Both the position numbers and the translations under genes were made by a program. This document shows, in pieces, positions 16,367 to 26,189 of a stretch of 54,950 nucleotides of DNA (position 1 is its first letter; each line of letters starts with the position of its first letter). The stretch comes from Minisyncoccia bacterium (GTDB lineage: Bacteria; Patescibacteriota; Minisyncoccia; Phycocordibacterales; PALSA-1337). The DNA is taken from NCBI GenBank assembly GCA_044228445.1, contig JBGAUV010000001.1, positions 316,495 to 371,444 of the forward strand, given 5' to 3'. Below the pieces are notes generated by a model that saw only the letters and a list, made by a program, of their open reading frames with translations, did no database searches and was not told the origin of the DNA.

Positions 16367-16597
16367 ATGAAAGCAGTTCATATGGTTTCTTGGATCCTTC
16401 TTATTATCGGAGGACTAAATTGGCTAGTAGTTGGAGTTGCAGGTTCTTCATGGGACCTTGTAGCAAAGCTATTAGGAGCAGATAGTATACTAGCAAAGAT
16501 TGTATACATCCTTGTTGGTCTATCAGCACTTATTTCTCTATTTACACACAAGAAGGATTGCAAGGCTTGTACAACTGAAGGTTCACAAACAATGTAA
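16367..16597 (+). CDS. DUF378-family small membrane protein
   Basis: 76 aa; the WILLIIGGLNWLVVGV motif is typical of DUF378. Confidence 0.7.
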   Translation: MKAVHMVSWILLIIGGLNWLVVGVAGSSWDLVAKLLGADSILAKIVYILVGLSALISLFTHKKDCKACTTEGSQTM

Positions 16598-16623
16598 TAT
16601 CCCAAGTGGGATAGAGCACAAAG

Positions 16624-16650
16624 AAAAAAACCACATAATGTGGTTTTTTT
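16624..16650. terminator. Bidirectional intrinsic terminator
   Basis: AAAAAAA-CCACA-TAA-TGTGG-TTTTTTT between convergent genes. Confidence 0.75.
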
Positions 16651-16653
16651 CTT

Positions 16654-17376
16654 TTATATTTTAGCTATTGTAATTATACCGTAGAGTGTAAGTATACCTA
16701 GTATTGTTGCTACTGTAGTCCATATTGTTGGGTGATTGTGGTGACTTTCTGGTAGTAAATCACTTGCTCCAATATATAGAAAGGATCCAGCAAATATTGC
16801 CAATACGATTGATAAAATATTTGTAGGTAAAGTAAAGAACATTGTTGATATAACTCCAATTACTGGTGCAAGAGAATCAACAATCAACCATTTGAAAGCA
16901 CTTTTTTTGCTACCATTATTTTTAATAATCATATTTACAGTATTTAAACCATCTGAAAAATCGTGAACTAAAACAGCAATAGCAACAACTATACCAAGCT
17001 CACTTGAAACTTGAAAAGCTAAACCAATAGCAATACCATCAAGTAAACTATGTAATGAAAGACTTGTTGCACCAAGAATGCCTCTTTTATTATGAATATC
17101 TTGTTCATCATGGTCATTGTGACTATGAAAAAATATAGTTCTATCAAGTATCATATAAATAATAAAACCAATTGCAGTAATGAGTGTAATGCTACTAACA
17201 TCATAAATTCCAGAGCTAATTTCTATTGATTCAGGAATAAGATCAAAGAAAGCTACACCTATAACTGCTCCAGCACTAAAACCTAGAATAAGGTGAAGTT
17301 TGTCTTTAAATTTTAAAGCAAAAAGACCACCAAGTAGTGTCGCTATAAAACTCGCTATACTTATATAAATTATCAT
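16654..17376 (-). CDS. ZIP-family divalent metal transporter (ZupT-like)
   Basis: 240 aa. His-rich loop HSHNDHDEQDIH; conserved HSLLDGIAIG and HDFSDG motifs. Confidence 0.85.
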   Translation of the reverse strand: MIIYISIASFIATLLGGLFALKFKDKLHLILGFSAGAVIGVAFFDLIPESIEISSGIYDVSSITLITAIGFIIYMILDRTIFFHSHNDHDEQDIHNKRGILGATSLSLHSLLDGIAIGLAFQVSSELGIVVAIAVLVHDFSDGLNTVNMIIKNNGSKKSAFKWLIVDSLAPVIGVISTMFFTLPTNILSIVLAIFAGSFLYIGASDLLPESHHNHPTIWTTVATILGILTLYGIITIAKI

Positions 17377-17379
17377 GTT

Positions 17380-17943
17380 TTATTTATTCTTTTTAAACTT
17401 TATTATTAATGCCATTATTGAATTCATTACTATCATTACGATTGAATGAAGAGTTGTTGCTATGTTATACGCCTGTAATGAAAAAAGTGCAACAAAATGT
17501 CTACTTGCATTCATACTATATAGTATATGATTTTCAGTTCCTGGGTTTTTCCAAGTCTTTCTAATTGTAGGTATAAAAGCAATAAAGTCTATAGTCACAA
17601 CTATTATTACAGATATTGTAGGGTCCTTTGTAAGTGCCCAAGGAATAAGTCCAAGAAGAGCAAATATTAAGAAATAAGTATCAATCTTTCTTATATGCTT
17701 AAAACCATATTTTAAAGAAATTATAAATATAATTATTGTAAATATTTCTGAAGCAGCTGTAGGTAATGCACCAATACCAGCACCTTTTGCTACTTGTCCA
17801 AAAAAAGTAACTAAAGAAACGATAGTCCAAACAAGCCAAGTGTAAGCATGAGGCTCAACTCTCTTTTTAAATATATCTATCATATAGGGAACATTTCCAA
17901 TGATAGCAAGGATCGAGGCAAATATTGCCAAACTTTCTTTCAT
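17380..17943 (-). CDS. Hypothetical polytopic membrane protein
   Basis: 187-aa ORF with about six hydrophobic helices, tightly packed upstream of the ZIP gene; no motif recognised. Confidence 0.45.
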   Translation of the reverse strand: MKESLAIFASILAIIGNVPYMIDIFKKRVEPHAYTWLVWTIVSLVTFFGQVAKGAGIGALPTAASEIFTIIIFIISLKYGFKHIRKIDTYFLIFALLGLIPWALTKDPTISVIIVVTIDFIAFIPTIRKTWKNPGTENHILYSMNASRHFVALFSLQAYNIATTLHSIVMIVMNSIMALIIKFKKNK

Positions 17944-17988
17944 AACAATATTATATACGATTTTTTATAAAGTTATCCACAAAATTTC

Positions 17989-18017
17989 TTGCAGGTGAAC
18001 GTATGTTCACCTATAAT
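17989..18017 (+). promoter_or_regulatory. Promoter of the small-ORF/lexA operon
   Basis: TTGCAG 17989-17994, 17-nt spacer, TATAAT 18012-18017. Confidence 0.6.
17994..18011. promoter_or_regulatory. LexA operator (Cheo-type SOS box GAAC-N4-GTTC)
   Basis: GGTGAAC-GTAT-GTTCACC has 7-bp inverted arms and exactly fills the promoter spacer upstream of lexA. Confidence 0.7.
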
Positions 18018-18051
18018 ACATATACAACATTATCAATAATAAAATAAAAAC

Positions 18052-18270
18052 ATGGTAAATAAAAACATTTTTATAAAAGAATTGCGAAAAGAAATAAATA
18101 AGCTAAATCAAGAAATAGATAGAAGAATAGTAAGGGGAATAAGTTATAAAACTCTATCAAGAAAGCATAAGGTTTTAGTAGCACAATTAAATTCCGCAAC
18201 AAGATACCCAAGTTCATCATATGGTTTCTTTGATAGACTAAACAGAGTGGTTTCGACATTTATGTTTTAA
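18052..18270 (+). CDS. Small hypothetical protein co-transcribed with lexA
   Basis: 72-aa basic ORF between the SOS-box promoter and lexA; no motif recognised. Confidence 0.4.
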   Translation: MVNKNIFIKELRKEINKLNQEIDRRIVRGISYKTLSRKHKVLVAQLNSATRYPSSSYGFFDRLNRVVSTFMF

Positions 18271-18288
18271 TTGTTATTATTAATATTC

Positions 18289-18858
18289 ATGCATACAAAT
18301 TATAAAGATAAAATATTCTCCTTTTATAAAAGCAAAAAGCGTATGCCAAACTACGCTGAGATTATGGACTTGCTTGGGTTCAAATCTAAAAATGCTGTTT
18401 ATAAACTTATAAACAAGCTGGTTGCGGAGGGTGTAGTTAAAAAAGATGAAAAGGGTAGATTGTCACCTAGTAAGTTAATTGGTGAAATACCTGTACTTGG
18501 TTTAGTTGAGGCGGGTATTCCCACATTAGCAGAAGAAGAAATACTTGATACTATGAGTTTCGATGATTATTTAATTAACGATTCAAGCAAAACTTTTATA
18601 CTTGAAGTTAAAGGGGATTCGATGATAGATGAAGGAATAAAAGAAGGCGATCTTGTTATAGTAGAACGAACAAAGGAAATAAAAGATGGAGATATAGTAA
18701 TTGCAGAAGTGGACGGTGGTTGGACTATGAAGTTTCTTAGAAAGAAACAAGGTAAGCCTATCTATCTTGAACCGGCAAATAAAAAGTATAAACCTATATA
18801 TCCAGAATACGATTTAAATATTGCTGCTGTGGTTAAGGGTGTAATAAGAAAATATTAA
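18289..18858 (+). CDS. lexA: LexA repressor (S24 peptidase)
   Basis: Winged-helix N-terminus (MPNYAEIMDLLGFKSKNAVYKLINKLVAEGVV), catalytic GDSM serine and downstream MKFLRK lysine. The ATG at 18289 is preferred over the track's TTG at 18271. Confidence 0.85.
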   Translation: MHTNYKDKIFSFYKSKKRMPNYAEIMDLLGFKSKNAVYKLINKLVAEGVVKKDEKGRLSPSKLIGEIPVLGLVEAGIPTLAEEEILDTMSFDDYLINDSSKTFILEVKGDSMIDEGIKEGDLVIVERTKEIKDGDIVIAEVDGGWTMKFLRKKQGKPIYLEPANKKYKPIYPEYDLNIAAVVKGVIRKY

Positions 18859-18881
18859 TTTTATAGTGTTATAATACTACT

Positions 18882-19364
18882 ATGAAAAAAGCACAAAAGA
18901 TTTTAGGTTTATTCATTTCAATAGTTATAGCCCAATTGGCGGGTATTATAGGTTCTATATATACATTTGATTCTATACCTAACTGGTATAAAACCCTCGT
19001 AAGGCCTGAATTTGCCCCTCCAAACTGGGTTTTTGGTCCTGTATGGACTACTCTGTACCTTGTTATGGGTATAGCTGCATATTTAATATGGTCTAAAGGA
19101 TACAGTGATAAAAGAGTTAAAATCGCCCTTTATGTATATTTTGGCCAATTACTTTTGAATGCTTTATGGTCAATACTATTTTTTGGTTTACAAGATATAA
19201 GATCTGCTTTTATTGAAATAATTGCTTTATGGATAATGATTGTTCTAAATATATTTTTATTTGGAAAGATATCAAAGACTGCAGGTTATCTATTAATTCC
19301 ATATTTACTATGGGTGAGTTTTGCTAGTATATTAAATTATTCATTTATGATACTAAATCCTTAG
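18882..19364 (+). CDS. tspO: TspO/MBR tryptophan-rich sensory protein
   Basis: 160 aa, five TM helices; WYKTLVRPEFAPPNWVFGPVWTTLY is the TspO signature. Confidence 0.85.
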   Translation: MKKAQKILGLFISIVIAQLAGIIGSIYTFDSIPNWYKTLVRPEFAPPNWVFGPVWTTLYLVMGIAAYLIWSKGYSDKRVKIALYVYFGQLLLNALWSILFFGLQDIRSAFIEIIALWIMIVLNIFLFGKISKTAGYLLIPYLLWVSFASILNYSFMILNP

Positions 19365-19878
19365 TAATAGAATTTAGAATTTTTTCAGTTTCTCTTTTTA
19401 TTCTATTCTCAATATGAATTTTTGTTATTTTATATTCATGTAGTGTTAACCAAATAACAAAAACATCAAATATAGTTAATAGTATTAAGAATAGTGAATA
19501 ACCAAAGGTAAGTCTATATAGTTGATATAATATAAATACAATAACTGTAGCAACTGTTGCTGGATATGCCCAAAGTTTATTCCTCAATAGGCTAATAACT
19601 AAAATCAATTTTATTATACCGTGTGATAATAAATATACAGAAACGTATAAATGACTATGATTGGATATATAAACTAATATATGTTCAATTGATTTTGAAA
19701 ATATATCATCAGGATTTTCTAACATTTCGCTATCTATTAAATAGCTAAGAAAAGCATTAACTTTATTTGTAAATAAAAGGGCAGTACCACCAATTATTTG
19801 AAGACTAGAATTTATGCCTTTTATAATAAGGCTTATAACAAATATCTCATGTATACTTTTTTCTTTAATATGTATCAT
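19345..19878 (-). CDS. DUF2127-like membrane protein
   Basis: 177 aa; SLIIKGINSSLQIIGG... and LLRNKLWAYPA segments resemble DUF2127. Confidence 0.5.
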   Translation of the reverse strand: MIHIKEKSIHEIFVISLIIKGINSSLQIIGGTALLFTNKVNAFLSYLIDSEMLENPDDIFSKSIEHILVYISNHSHLYVSVYLLSHGIIKLILVISLLRNKLWAYPATVATVIVFILYQLYRLTFGYSLFLILLTIFDVFVIWLTLHEYKITKIHIENRIKRETEKILNSITKDLVS

Positions 19879-19938
19879 TATGAGAAATATTTATTAATTA
19901 TATATTTATAAAATAATTAAATGTATTTAATATTACAA

Positions 19939-20868
19939 CTATCTTGTTTTTATATTTATGTATATATCCTCAAGAGCTTTTATGGCATCACCTGCTGCAA
20001 TATTGTTTTGATTGTATAAACCATCTGTACAATCGCCAGCTGCCCATATCCCTGTTTCTGAAGTTCTTTGGTTTTTTGGTGATGTAACTATATGACCCCA
20101 TTCATCTAGATCTACTATATCTTTTACAAAACTGGTATTTGGAATTGAACCAATTTCTACGAATATTCCAGTAACATTTAATTCAATATCCTTTTTAGTT
20201 AATGCATCAGTATATACAAAACCATTTACAAATTTATCACCCTTTACTTCTTTTGGTATAGCATTTTTTATTATTTTAAAATGAGGATTTTTTGAAACAT
20301 TATCTATTGTTACTTGATCAGCTCTAAAGCTATCACTGCGATTTATGAGAGTCACGCTCTTACAATAAGCTAAAAGCTGTGAAGCGCTTTCAAAAGCTGC
20401 ATTTCCACCTCCAACAACTACTACATCTTGATCAGCAAATAATGGCCCATCACAACTTGCACAGTATGTAAGTCCCTTGTGCTCAAATTTATCAGCACCA
20501 GTTACAGGTAGTTTTTTTCTTGAACTACCAGTGGTTATAAGAATCTTTCTAGCATGGTATTCTGTATTTTTAGTTCTTATTTTAAATATTCCATCATCAT
20601 AACCTCTATCAATTTTTTCACATAATTCTCCTTCTTTTATATCTACGATATCTTTTGCATATGCTTTTAAGTGATTTTCAAGATTTTTTGCAAGATCTAG
20701 ACCTGATATTTTTATTGTTCCTATCCAATTTTCTATACCTTCAGAAACTGAACTTTGACCCTCCCAATTTTTTGTAATAAAAACAGTTTTTAATTTCTTT
20801 CTAGCAGCATAAACACCAGCAGAAACTCCTGCTGGGCCTCCACCAATTATTGCAAGATCATATATCAT
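19939..20868 (-). CDS. trxB: Thioredoxin-disulfide reductase
   Basis: GGGPAG FAD motif, CASCDG redox-active disulfide, GGGNAA NADPH motif, C-terminal GDC. Confidence 0.9.
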   Translation of the reverse strand: MIYDLAIIGGGPAGVSAGVYAARKKLKTVFITKNWEGQSSVSEGIENWIGTIKISGLDLAKNLENHLKAYAKDIVDIKEGELCEKIDRGYDDGIFKIRTKNTEYHARKILITTGSSRKKLPVTGADKFEHKGLTYCASCDGPLFADQDVVVVGGGNAAFESASQLLAYCKSVTLINRSDSFRADQVTIDNVSKNPHFKIIKNAIPKEVKGDKFVNGFVYTDALTKKDIELNVTGIFVEIGSIPNTSFVKDIVDLDEWGHIVTSPKNQRTSETGIWAAGDCTDGLYNQNNIAAGDAIKALEDIYINIKTR

Positions 20869-20902
20869 AAAAAGATTATATCATAATAAATATATTTAAT
20901 TA

Positions 20903-20933
20903 AAATAAAATCCCTAGATTTATTTGGGATTTT
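20903..20933 (-). terminator. Putative terminator downstream of ftsZ
   Basis: AAAATCCC (20907-20914) pairs with GGGATTTT (20926-20933), with T-rich sequence following on the minus strand. Confidence 0.45.
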
Positions 20934-20941
20934 ATTTTGTA

Positions 20942-22147
20942 TTATTTTAACTTTGATCTTCTTAGGAAAGCTGGTACCGCACCCCAATCATCGTCATCAT
21001 CAATTTTATTTTCTTTTCTTTCTTCTATTCTTTCTTTTACAATTGGTTGTTGCACTTGTTGATTTTGTATAGGTGGAGTTACTGTATTGAATACTCTACC
21101 TTTCTTATCATCCTTCATTATTTCTTCTTTTTTCTGACCTACTGTAAATAAAGGTGCGCGGTTATTTTGAACTTGTTGTGATGGTAGTGTTCCTTCGGGG
21201 AAACCAGCTGCTATAACTGTAACTCTAACTTCATTCTTCTTTAATTTATCATCTTTTACAGTACCGAATATTACTTTTGCTTGTGGATCGATTGATTCTG
21301 TAATTACCTTTGCTGCATCTTGTATTTCAAACATTGTTAAATCCTCACCACCTGCAATAGAGAATAGTACACCTTTAGCTCCAGTTATTGATACATCAAG
21401 TAATGGGGAATTGATAGCTAAACGAGCAGCTTCAACGGCACGATTTTCTCCAGCTGCTGAACCAATACCCATAAGTGCTGAACCAGCATTTTCCATAATT
21501 GTTCTAATATCAGCAAAGTCGATATTGATAAGTCCTGGTGTTGTTATTAGATCTGAAATACCTTCTACTGCTTGTCTCAATACTTCATCACAAATTGCAA
21601 AAGCATTTTTAACTGTAGTATTTTTATCAATTATAGAAAGTAGGCGATCGTTTGGAATAACAATAATTGCATCTACTTCTTTTCTTAATTCTTCTAGAGC
21701 AACCTCAGCAATTCTAGATCTCTCTTGTCCTTCAAAAAAGAAAGGCTTTGTTACAACACCAACAGTTAGTGCACCGAGTTCTTTTGCTATACGAGCTACA
21801 ACAGGACTAGCTCCACTACCTGTTCCTCCTCCAAATCCTCCTGCAACAAAGACCATGTCAGCGCCTTTAATTGCTTCTTGAACTTCTTCTTTTGTTTCTT
21901 CTATAGCGCGCTTTCCAACTTCAGGATTCATTCCTGTTCCAAGTCCTCTAGTAAGATTTTTACCAATATGAATTCTCTTTTTAGCTAAAGAGTGATGTAG
22001 ATCTTGAGCGTCTGTGTTTATAGCAATAAAATCAACACCCTTAACCTTTGAATTTATCATGTGGTTAACAGCGTTATTTCCTGAGCCCCCGACACCGATA
22101 ACCTTGATGCGGGCAAATGCTTCTATTTCTGGAATTATATTGGGCAT
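20942..22147 (-). CDS. ftsZ: Cell division protein FtsZ
   Basis: [10 protein letters not shown] and [13 protein letters not shown] tubulin signature motifs; C-terminal conserved peptide [11 protein letters not shown]. Confidence 0.97.
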   Translation of the reverse strand: MPNIIPEIEAFARIKVIGVGGSGNNAVNHMINSKVKGVDFIAINTDAQDLHHSLAKKRIHIGKNLTRGLGTGMNPEVGKRAIEETKEEVQEAIKGADMVFVAGGFGGGTGSGASPVVARIAKELGALTVGVVTKPFFFEGQERSRIAEVALEELRKEVDAIIVIPNDRLLSIIDKNTTVKNAFAICDEVLRQAVEGISDLITTPGLINIDFADIRTIMENAGSALMGIGSAAGENRAVEAARLAINSPLLDVSITGAKGVLFSIAGGEDLTMFEIQDAAKVITESIDPQAKVIFGTVKDDKLKKNEVRVTVIAAGFPEGTLPSQQVQNNRAPLFTVGQKKEEIMKDDKKGRVFNTVTPPIQNQQVQQPIVKERIEERKENKIDDDDDWGAVPAFLRRSKLK

Positions 22148-22253
22148 AAATAAGGATAAAATCTTTCGGTAAGTACATCATATCAAAGGCTTTAAAAAAA
22201 GAAAGGGCTAAAAAAAGTATACAATAAGCCAGACTATTGAGACGAGACTTGAT

Positions 22254-23438
22254 TTATGGGAGAAATTGTTTTATCCAAGTAGCAATTGCTTTACCTGTTT
22301 TTGTTAAGAATTGACTAGAAGTATCGATAGAAGTTTCTTCATCAATATTAATACCTAGTACACAAAGACCATAAGCGACACCAAAAAGCATATCTTTATA
22401 ATTATTTTTATCTTGCAATTTCAATTCAATACTACCAATTCTAGCAGGTATACTTAAACTATCTTTTGCCAAATCTTCTATACCTGACAACATACTTCCT
22501 CCACCAGATAATATTATTCCAGCAGGTAATAGACCATTTCTACCTAGTTTTTTTAAATGACTTTCTATAAGTTCAAATATATCTGATAATCTTGCTTCAA
22601 CAATTTCTTCTAACTTTTTTCTTGAATATGAACTTCCTGTTATTGCACCGATTTTTATTTGTTCAGCCTCTTCTATAGGAACCTTTATACCTAAAGCAAT
22701 ATCATTTGTAATATCACTTCCTCCAATTGGGAATACTTCCATTGATACAGGTGTATTATTTTCAAAAACTGATATGCTTGTTGTTTCTGAACCAATGTTT
22801 GCAAGAACACAGCCTGCAATTTTTTGCGATTTTGAAAGAGTTACAAAAGATAAAGCAATAGGGGAAGCCATAACATCTTCTACAGTAATTCCAACTTCTT
22901 CAACTGCTTGTATGGTGTCATTTAATTGTTGTTCCAAACAAGTAATGTATAAAGTTTTTACTTCAAGTTTTGTACCTTTCATTCCTTCAGGTTTGCCAAG
23001 TACTACTTTTCCATCAATTTTATATTGAAGTGGAATATTGTGAATTATCTTTTTATTTAAAATACTACTTGCAGGAATATCTTTTTCACACTGATCTTGA
23101 GCTTTTTTTATATCAAGTGAAGTAATTTCTGAATCACCTCGGTATATTATTATTGAACTTGTTGAGGTTAAACTTCCAAGACCAATACCGTTTATAGAGA
23201 CAAAAGCCTTTTTAACTTTTACTTGAGCCTTTTTTTCTGCTTCTGCCAAAGCCTTTTTAATGCTAGACACAGCTTCTTCCATATCAATTATATAACCATG
23301 TCTCAAACCTTTTCCTTCAGCTATACCTGTACCTATGACTTTTGGAAAGCCTTTTTCATTTTTTTCATCACCACGAGCAATAACCACCTTTACGCTGTAG
23401 GATCCGATATCTATACCTGTTATTATTCCGCGAGCCAT
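22254..23438 (-). CDS. ftsA: Cell division protein FtsA
   Basis: Actin-like ATPase (GIDIGSYSVKVVI, DIGSETTSISVF, SGGGS motifs) immediately upstream of ftsZ. Confidence 0.9.
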   Translation of the reverse strand: MARGIITGIDIGSYSVKVVIARGDEKNEKGFPKVIGTGIAEGKGLRHGYIIDMEEAVSSIKKALAEAEKKAQVKVKKAFVSINGIGLGSLTSTSSIIIYRGDSEITSLDIKKAQDQCEKDIPASSILNKKIIHNIPLQYKIDGKVVLGKPEGMKGTKLEVKTLYITCLEQQLNDTIQAVEEVGITVEDVMASPIALSFVTLSKSQKIAGCVLANIGSETTSISVFENNTPVSMEVFPIGGSDITNDIALGIKVPIEEAEQIKIGAITGSSYSRKKLEEIVEARLSDIFELIESHLKKLGRNGLLPAGIILSGGGSMLSGIEDLAKDSLSIPARIGSIELKLQDKNNYKDMLFGVAYGLCVLGINIDEETSIDTSSQFLTKTGKAIATWIKQFLP

Positions 23439-23509
23439 TAAAAATATAATTACAAATAAACCTAATTAAAATAACTCTATAAATAAAAAACAAAAACCAA
23501 ATAAACAAA

Positions 23510-23899
23510 CTAAATACCAAACTGTTTTCTGAATTGAATTTCTATACTCTCCATTGTACTACCATGGTCGTATCCTTTCAAATGCACTAAACCGTGGATA
23601 AATAGAAAACCTAAAAAATTTTCATATTCTCTATCAAATTTCTTTGCTTCTATCTTAGTCATATCTAAATTTATATAAATTTCTCCTGTTTTTTCTGAAA
23701 GAGGGAAAGATAATATATCTGTAGGCTTATCAATGTCTCTATGTATTTTATTTAACTTTCTAATTTCATTTTTACCTACTATTACAACAGATAAATCATA
23801 GTCTTCACCTAATACTGCTGTTTTCATTGACCCAAAAGCCAAGCTTGGTAGCTTGGCTTTTGTTGTGTTAACGAGATTGAAATTATGAGAAACAGGCAT
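23510..23899 (-). CDS. ybeY: rRNA maturation RNase YbeY
   Basis: 129 aa with the HGLVHLKGYDH zinc-binding motif. Confidence 0.85.
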   Translation of the reverse strand: MPVSHNFNLVNTTKAKLPSLAFGSMKTAVLGEDYDLSVVIVGKNEIRKLNKIHRDIDKPTDILSFPLSEKTGEIYINLDMTKIEAKKFDREYENFLGFLFIHGLVHLKGYDHGSTMESIEIQFRKQFGI

Positions 23900-23901
23900 T
23901 C

Positions 23902-24150
23902 TTATTTCTTTGCGAATCTAGCAGATTTTTCTGGCATTTTACCCATTTTTATAAGTTCTTGAATAACTGCCTTTTTCTTTAGACTTTTTAGAGTCTTTTT
24001 CTTTGTTTTGTAATGAGAAAGTACTCTTTCGCTATAGCGAATGCTTCTTACTCTTGGAAGTATACCTGAACCCTGAACCTTCTTTGTAAAACGACGAAGT
24101 GTGCCAAGGCTATTTTCATTTCCACCTCTATTTACCTGTAAATTTATCAT
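23902..24150 (-). CDS. rpsU: 30S ribosomal protein S21
   Basis: Basic 82-aa protein; LGTLRRFTKKVQGSGILPRVRSIRYSE matches the S21 core. Internal ATG at 24150 chosen because the upstream track extension is non-conserved. Confidence 0.7.
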   Translation of the reverse strand: MINLQVNRGGNENSLGTLRRFTKKVQGSGILPRVRSIRYSERVLSHYKTKKKTLKSLKKKAVIQELIKMGKMPEKSARFAKK

Positions 24151-24225
24151 GTGTTGAATATAACATGCATTATGGGTTATTTGCAAGTATATTGGCAAAT
24201 TATAGGAGTTCTATGAAATATGATA

Positions 24226-25539
24226 CTAAAGAGTCTCGTCAAGCTTTTTCATAAACTTTGGTAATTCAGGTATTGGTACTATATCTTGAGCATGTGTAGT
24301 CGTATTTCTAACAATTATAGTTCTTTCTACAGCTTCTTTTTTACCCATTATTAATGAATATGGTGCTCTAGTTTTTTCAACCAAAGATACTTGTGCTCCA
24401 AGTCTATCTTTTGATAATGAAAGATGAAGTGGAATTTTAACCTTTCTTAATTCTTCAATTATTTTAAGTGATAATAGTTTTGATTCGAAACTCAATTGAA
24501 CAAAAGAAGCAAAAGGATTTTTTGTTTTATTTAATTCTTTTCTCAATTCAGGGTATTTATTTTTAATTAGAATCGACATTCCAACTCCTTCAACTTCTTT
24601 TTTCATGCCAATCTTTTTTGAAAGACTATCATATCTCACTCCAACTGCTAGAACCTTTTTATCTTTATCATTTTTATTTTCTTTTTTATCACCATCTTTT
24701 CCAAAATCAGCATTAACAATAGTAAATATTGTTTCTGTACAATATCTTTTATTACCAATTAAATGATTATTAATCATATATGGTATTTCGAGAGCTTCTA
24801 GGTATTCCAAAATTTCTTCCAAATGATTCCTGCTTTTTTCAGATAGAAAATCCATAGGTTTTGGCGCTTCAGAATTTATTTTTCTACATTTTTCATTATC
24901 ACAAGATAATAATTCAAATGGATCCTTTTTAAATAATTCTCTACATTCAGTATGCATATTGTTAATATGCTTTCTATAGTGATTTGTTAAATCTCTTGTA
25001 AAACGAGCAATAGAATCTTTATCACCAATGCTATTTATTTCTACATATGTATTTTTATAATCTTCTTCAGCAAGCATAACTCTGGCTGTTTGTATTAGTG
25101 TTACTTCAGCTATGCTCGTTGAATTTCCTATTATTTCAAGATCGCAATATCTATCTTGACTTCCTTTTTTTAATGAACCCTTAAATGGCTCTTTAAAATA
25201 CAACATTACAGGTTGAGAAAGATTATACATATTTTCTTCATGATACATGCGTAGTAATGCTACTTTTTCTTCAACATGTAGAGGAAGGCGATCCTTTTCA
25301 CTATCGTCATATTCTGCAAAGTCTCCTTCAATTAGAGATTTTGAATTATCAAGATCAATCTTTTTTATACTAGGACTTTGTTTTGGATAAAATCCATAAT
25401 AAACAGGAATTTCTCCAATTTTATCTAAGTTTTCTAAATTTCTAAAACGACTATCTTTTTTAGGTTTATTAATTTCAGTATTTTTACTTACCAATTTTGT
25501 ATCATTCTTTTTCATTTCTTTCTTTTTTGGATTTGGCAT
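24226..25539 (-). CDS. Histidyl-tRNA synthetase-like protein with degenerate class II motifs
   Basis: By eye it is colinear with HisRS (VEINSIGD, GVRYDSL, C-terminal anticodon-binding-like domain). Motif 2, HisA and motif 3 arginines appear substituted. Confidence 0.55.
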   Translation of the reverse strand: MPNPKKKEMKKNDTKLVSKNTEINKPKKDSRFRNLENLDKIGEIPVYYGFYPKQSPSIKKIDLDNSKSLIEGDFAEYDDSEKDRLPLHVEEKVALLRMYHEENMYNLSQPVMLYFKEPFKGSLKKGSQDRYCDLEIIGNSTSIAEVTLIQTARVMLAEEDYKNTYVEINSIGDKDSIARFTRDLTNHYRKHINNMHTECRELFKKDPFELLSCDNEKCRKINSEAPKPMDFLSEKSRNHLEEILEYLEALEIPYMINNHLIGNKRYCTETIFTIVNADFGKDGDKKENKNDKDKKVLAVGVRYDSLSKKIGMKKEVEGVGMSILIKNKYPELRKELNKTKNPFASFVQLSFESKLLSLKIIEELRKVKIPLHLSLSKDRLGAQVSLVEKTRAPYSLIMGKKEAVERTIIVRNTTTHAQDIVPIPELPKFMKKLDETL

Positions 25540-25550
25540 TTTTTTTTAAA

Positions 25551-26120
25551 TTAATTTTTTTGTGTAGTTGTTGCGCTATCTATATTTCCCGGTTTTATTT
25601 CTATTTTATTAAAAGGGAAGAGTCTTATGATAGGCGTTCCAATAATATCTTTTCTGGGTAGGGGTCCCCAAAATCTAGAATCGGAACTTTCTTTTCTATT
25701 GTCACCCATAACAAAGTATTCAGTTGGACCAAGGGTGACTGAAAAGCTTTCAAAGCTCTTATGTTTATCAATTACATATTTACTGTCGATTTTAAAACCT
25801 TTTGGATTGTCTTTATTAATAACTGTAATTTCTCCATTTTTTACAGTTATAGTTTCAAGAGGTAAGCCTATTATTCTCTTTATAAAAAAAGTACTTGTAT
25901 CAAGAGGATATCTCATTACAACAACTTCTTCTCTTTTTGGTTCTCTAAAATAATATGAAACTTCATTAATAATAAGATAATCATTGGTTTTGAAAGTAGG
26001 ATCCATAGAAACTCCGCTAACTAAGAATGGTTGAGCAATAAAAGTTCTTATTGGTATAACAATTATTATTGCTAATAAAGCAAAAACTAAAATATCCTTT
26101 AAGTAACTTTCTTTTTTCAT
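25551..26120 (-). CDS. lepB: Signal peptidase I
   Basis: SGVSMDPTF catalytic-Ser box and GDNRKESSDSR box. Start at ATG 26120 (MKKESYL...) is preferred over the track start at 26162. Confidence 0.85.
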   Translation of the reverse strand: MKKESYLKDILVFALLAIIIVIPIRTFIAQPFLVSGVSMDPTFKTNDYLIINEVSYYFREPKREEVVVMRYPLDTSTFFIKRIIGLPLETITVKNGEITVINKDNPKGFKIDSKYVIDKHKSFESFSVTLGPTEYFVMGDNRKESSDSRFWGPLPRKDIIGTPIIRLFPFNKIEIKPGNIDSATTTQKN

Positions 26121-26189
26121 AAAATATACAATCATTTTAGTACGAACAAGTGTTTGACACAAGATTTAGACTCATGTCACACTGTATGT

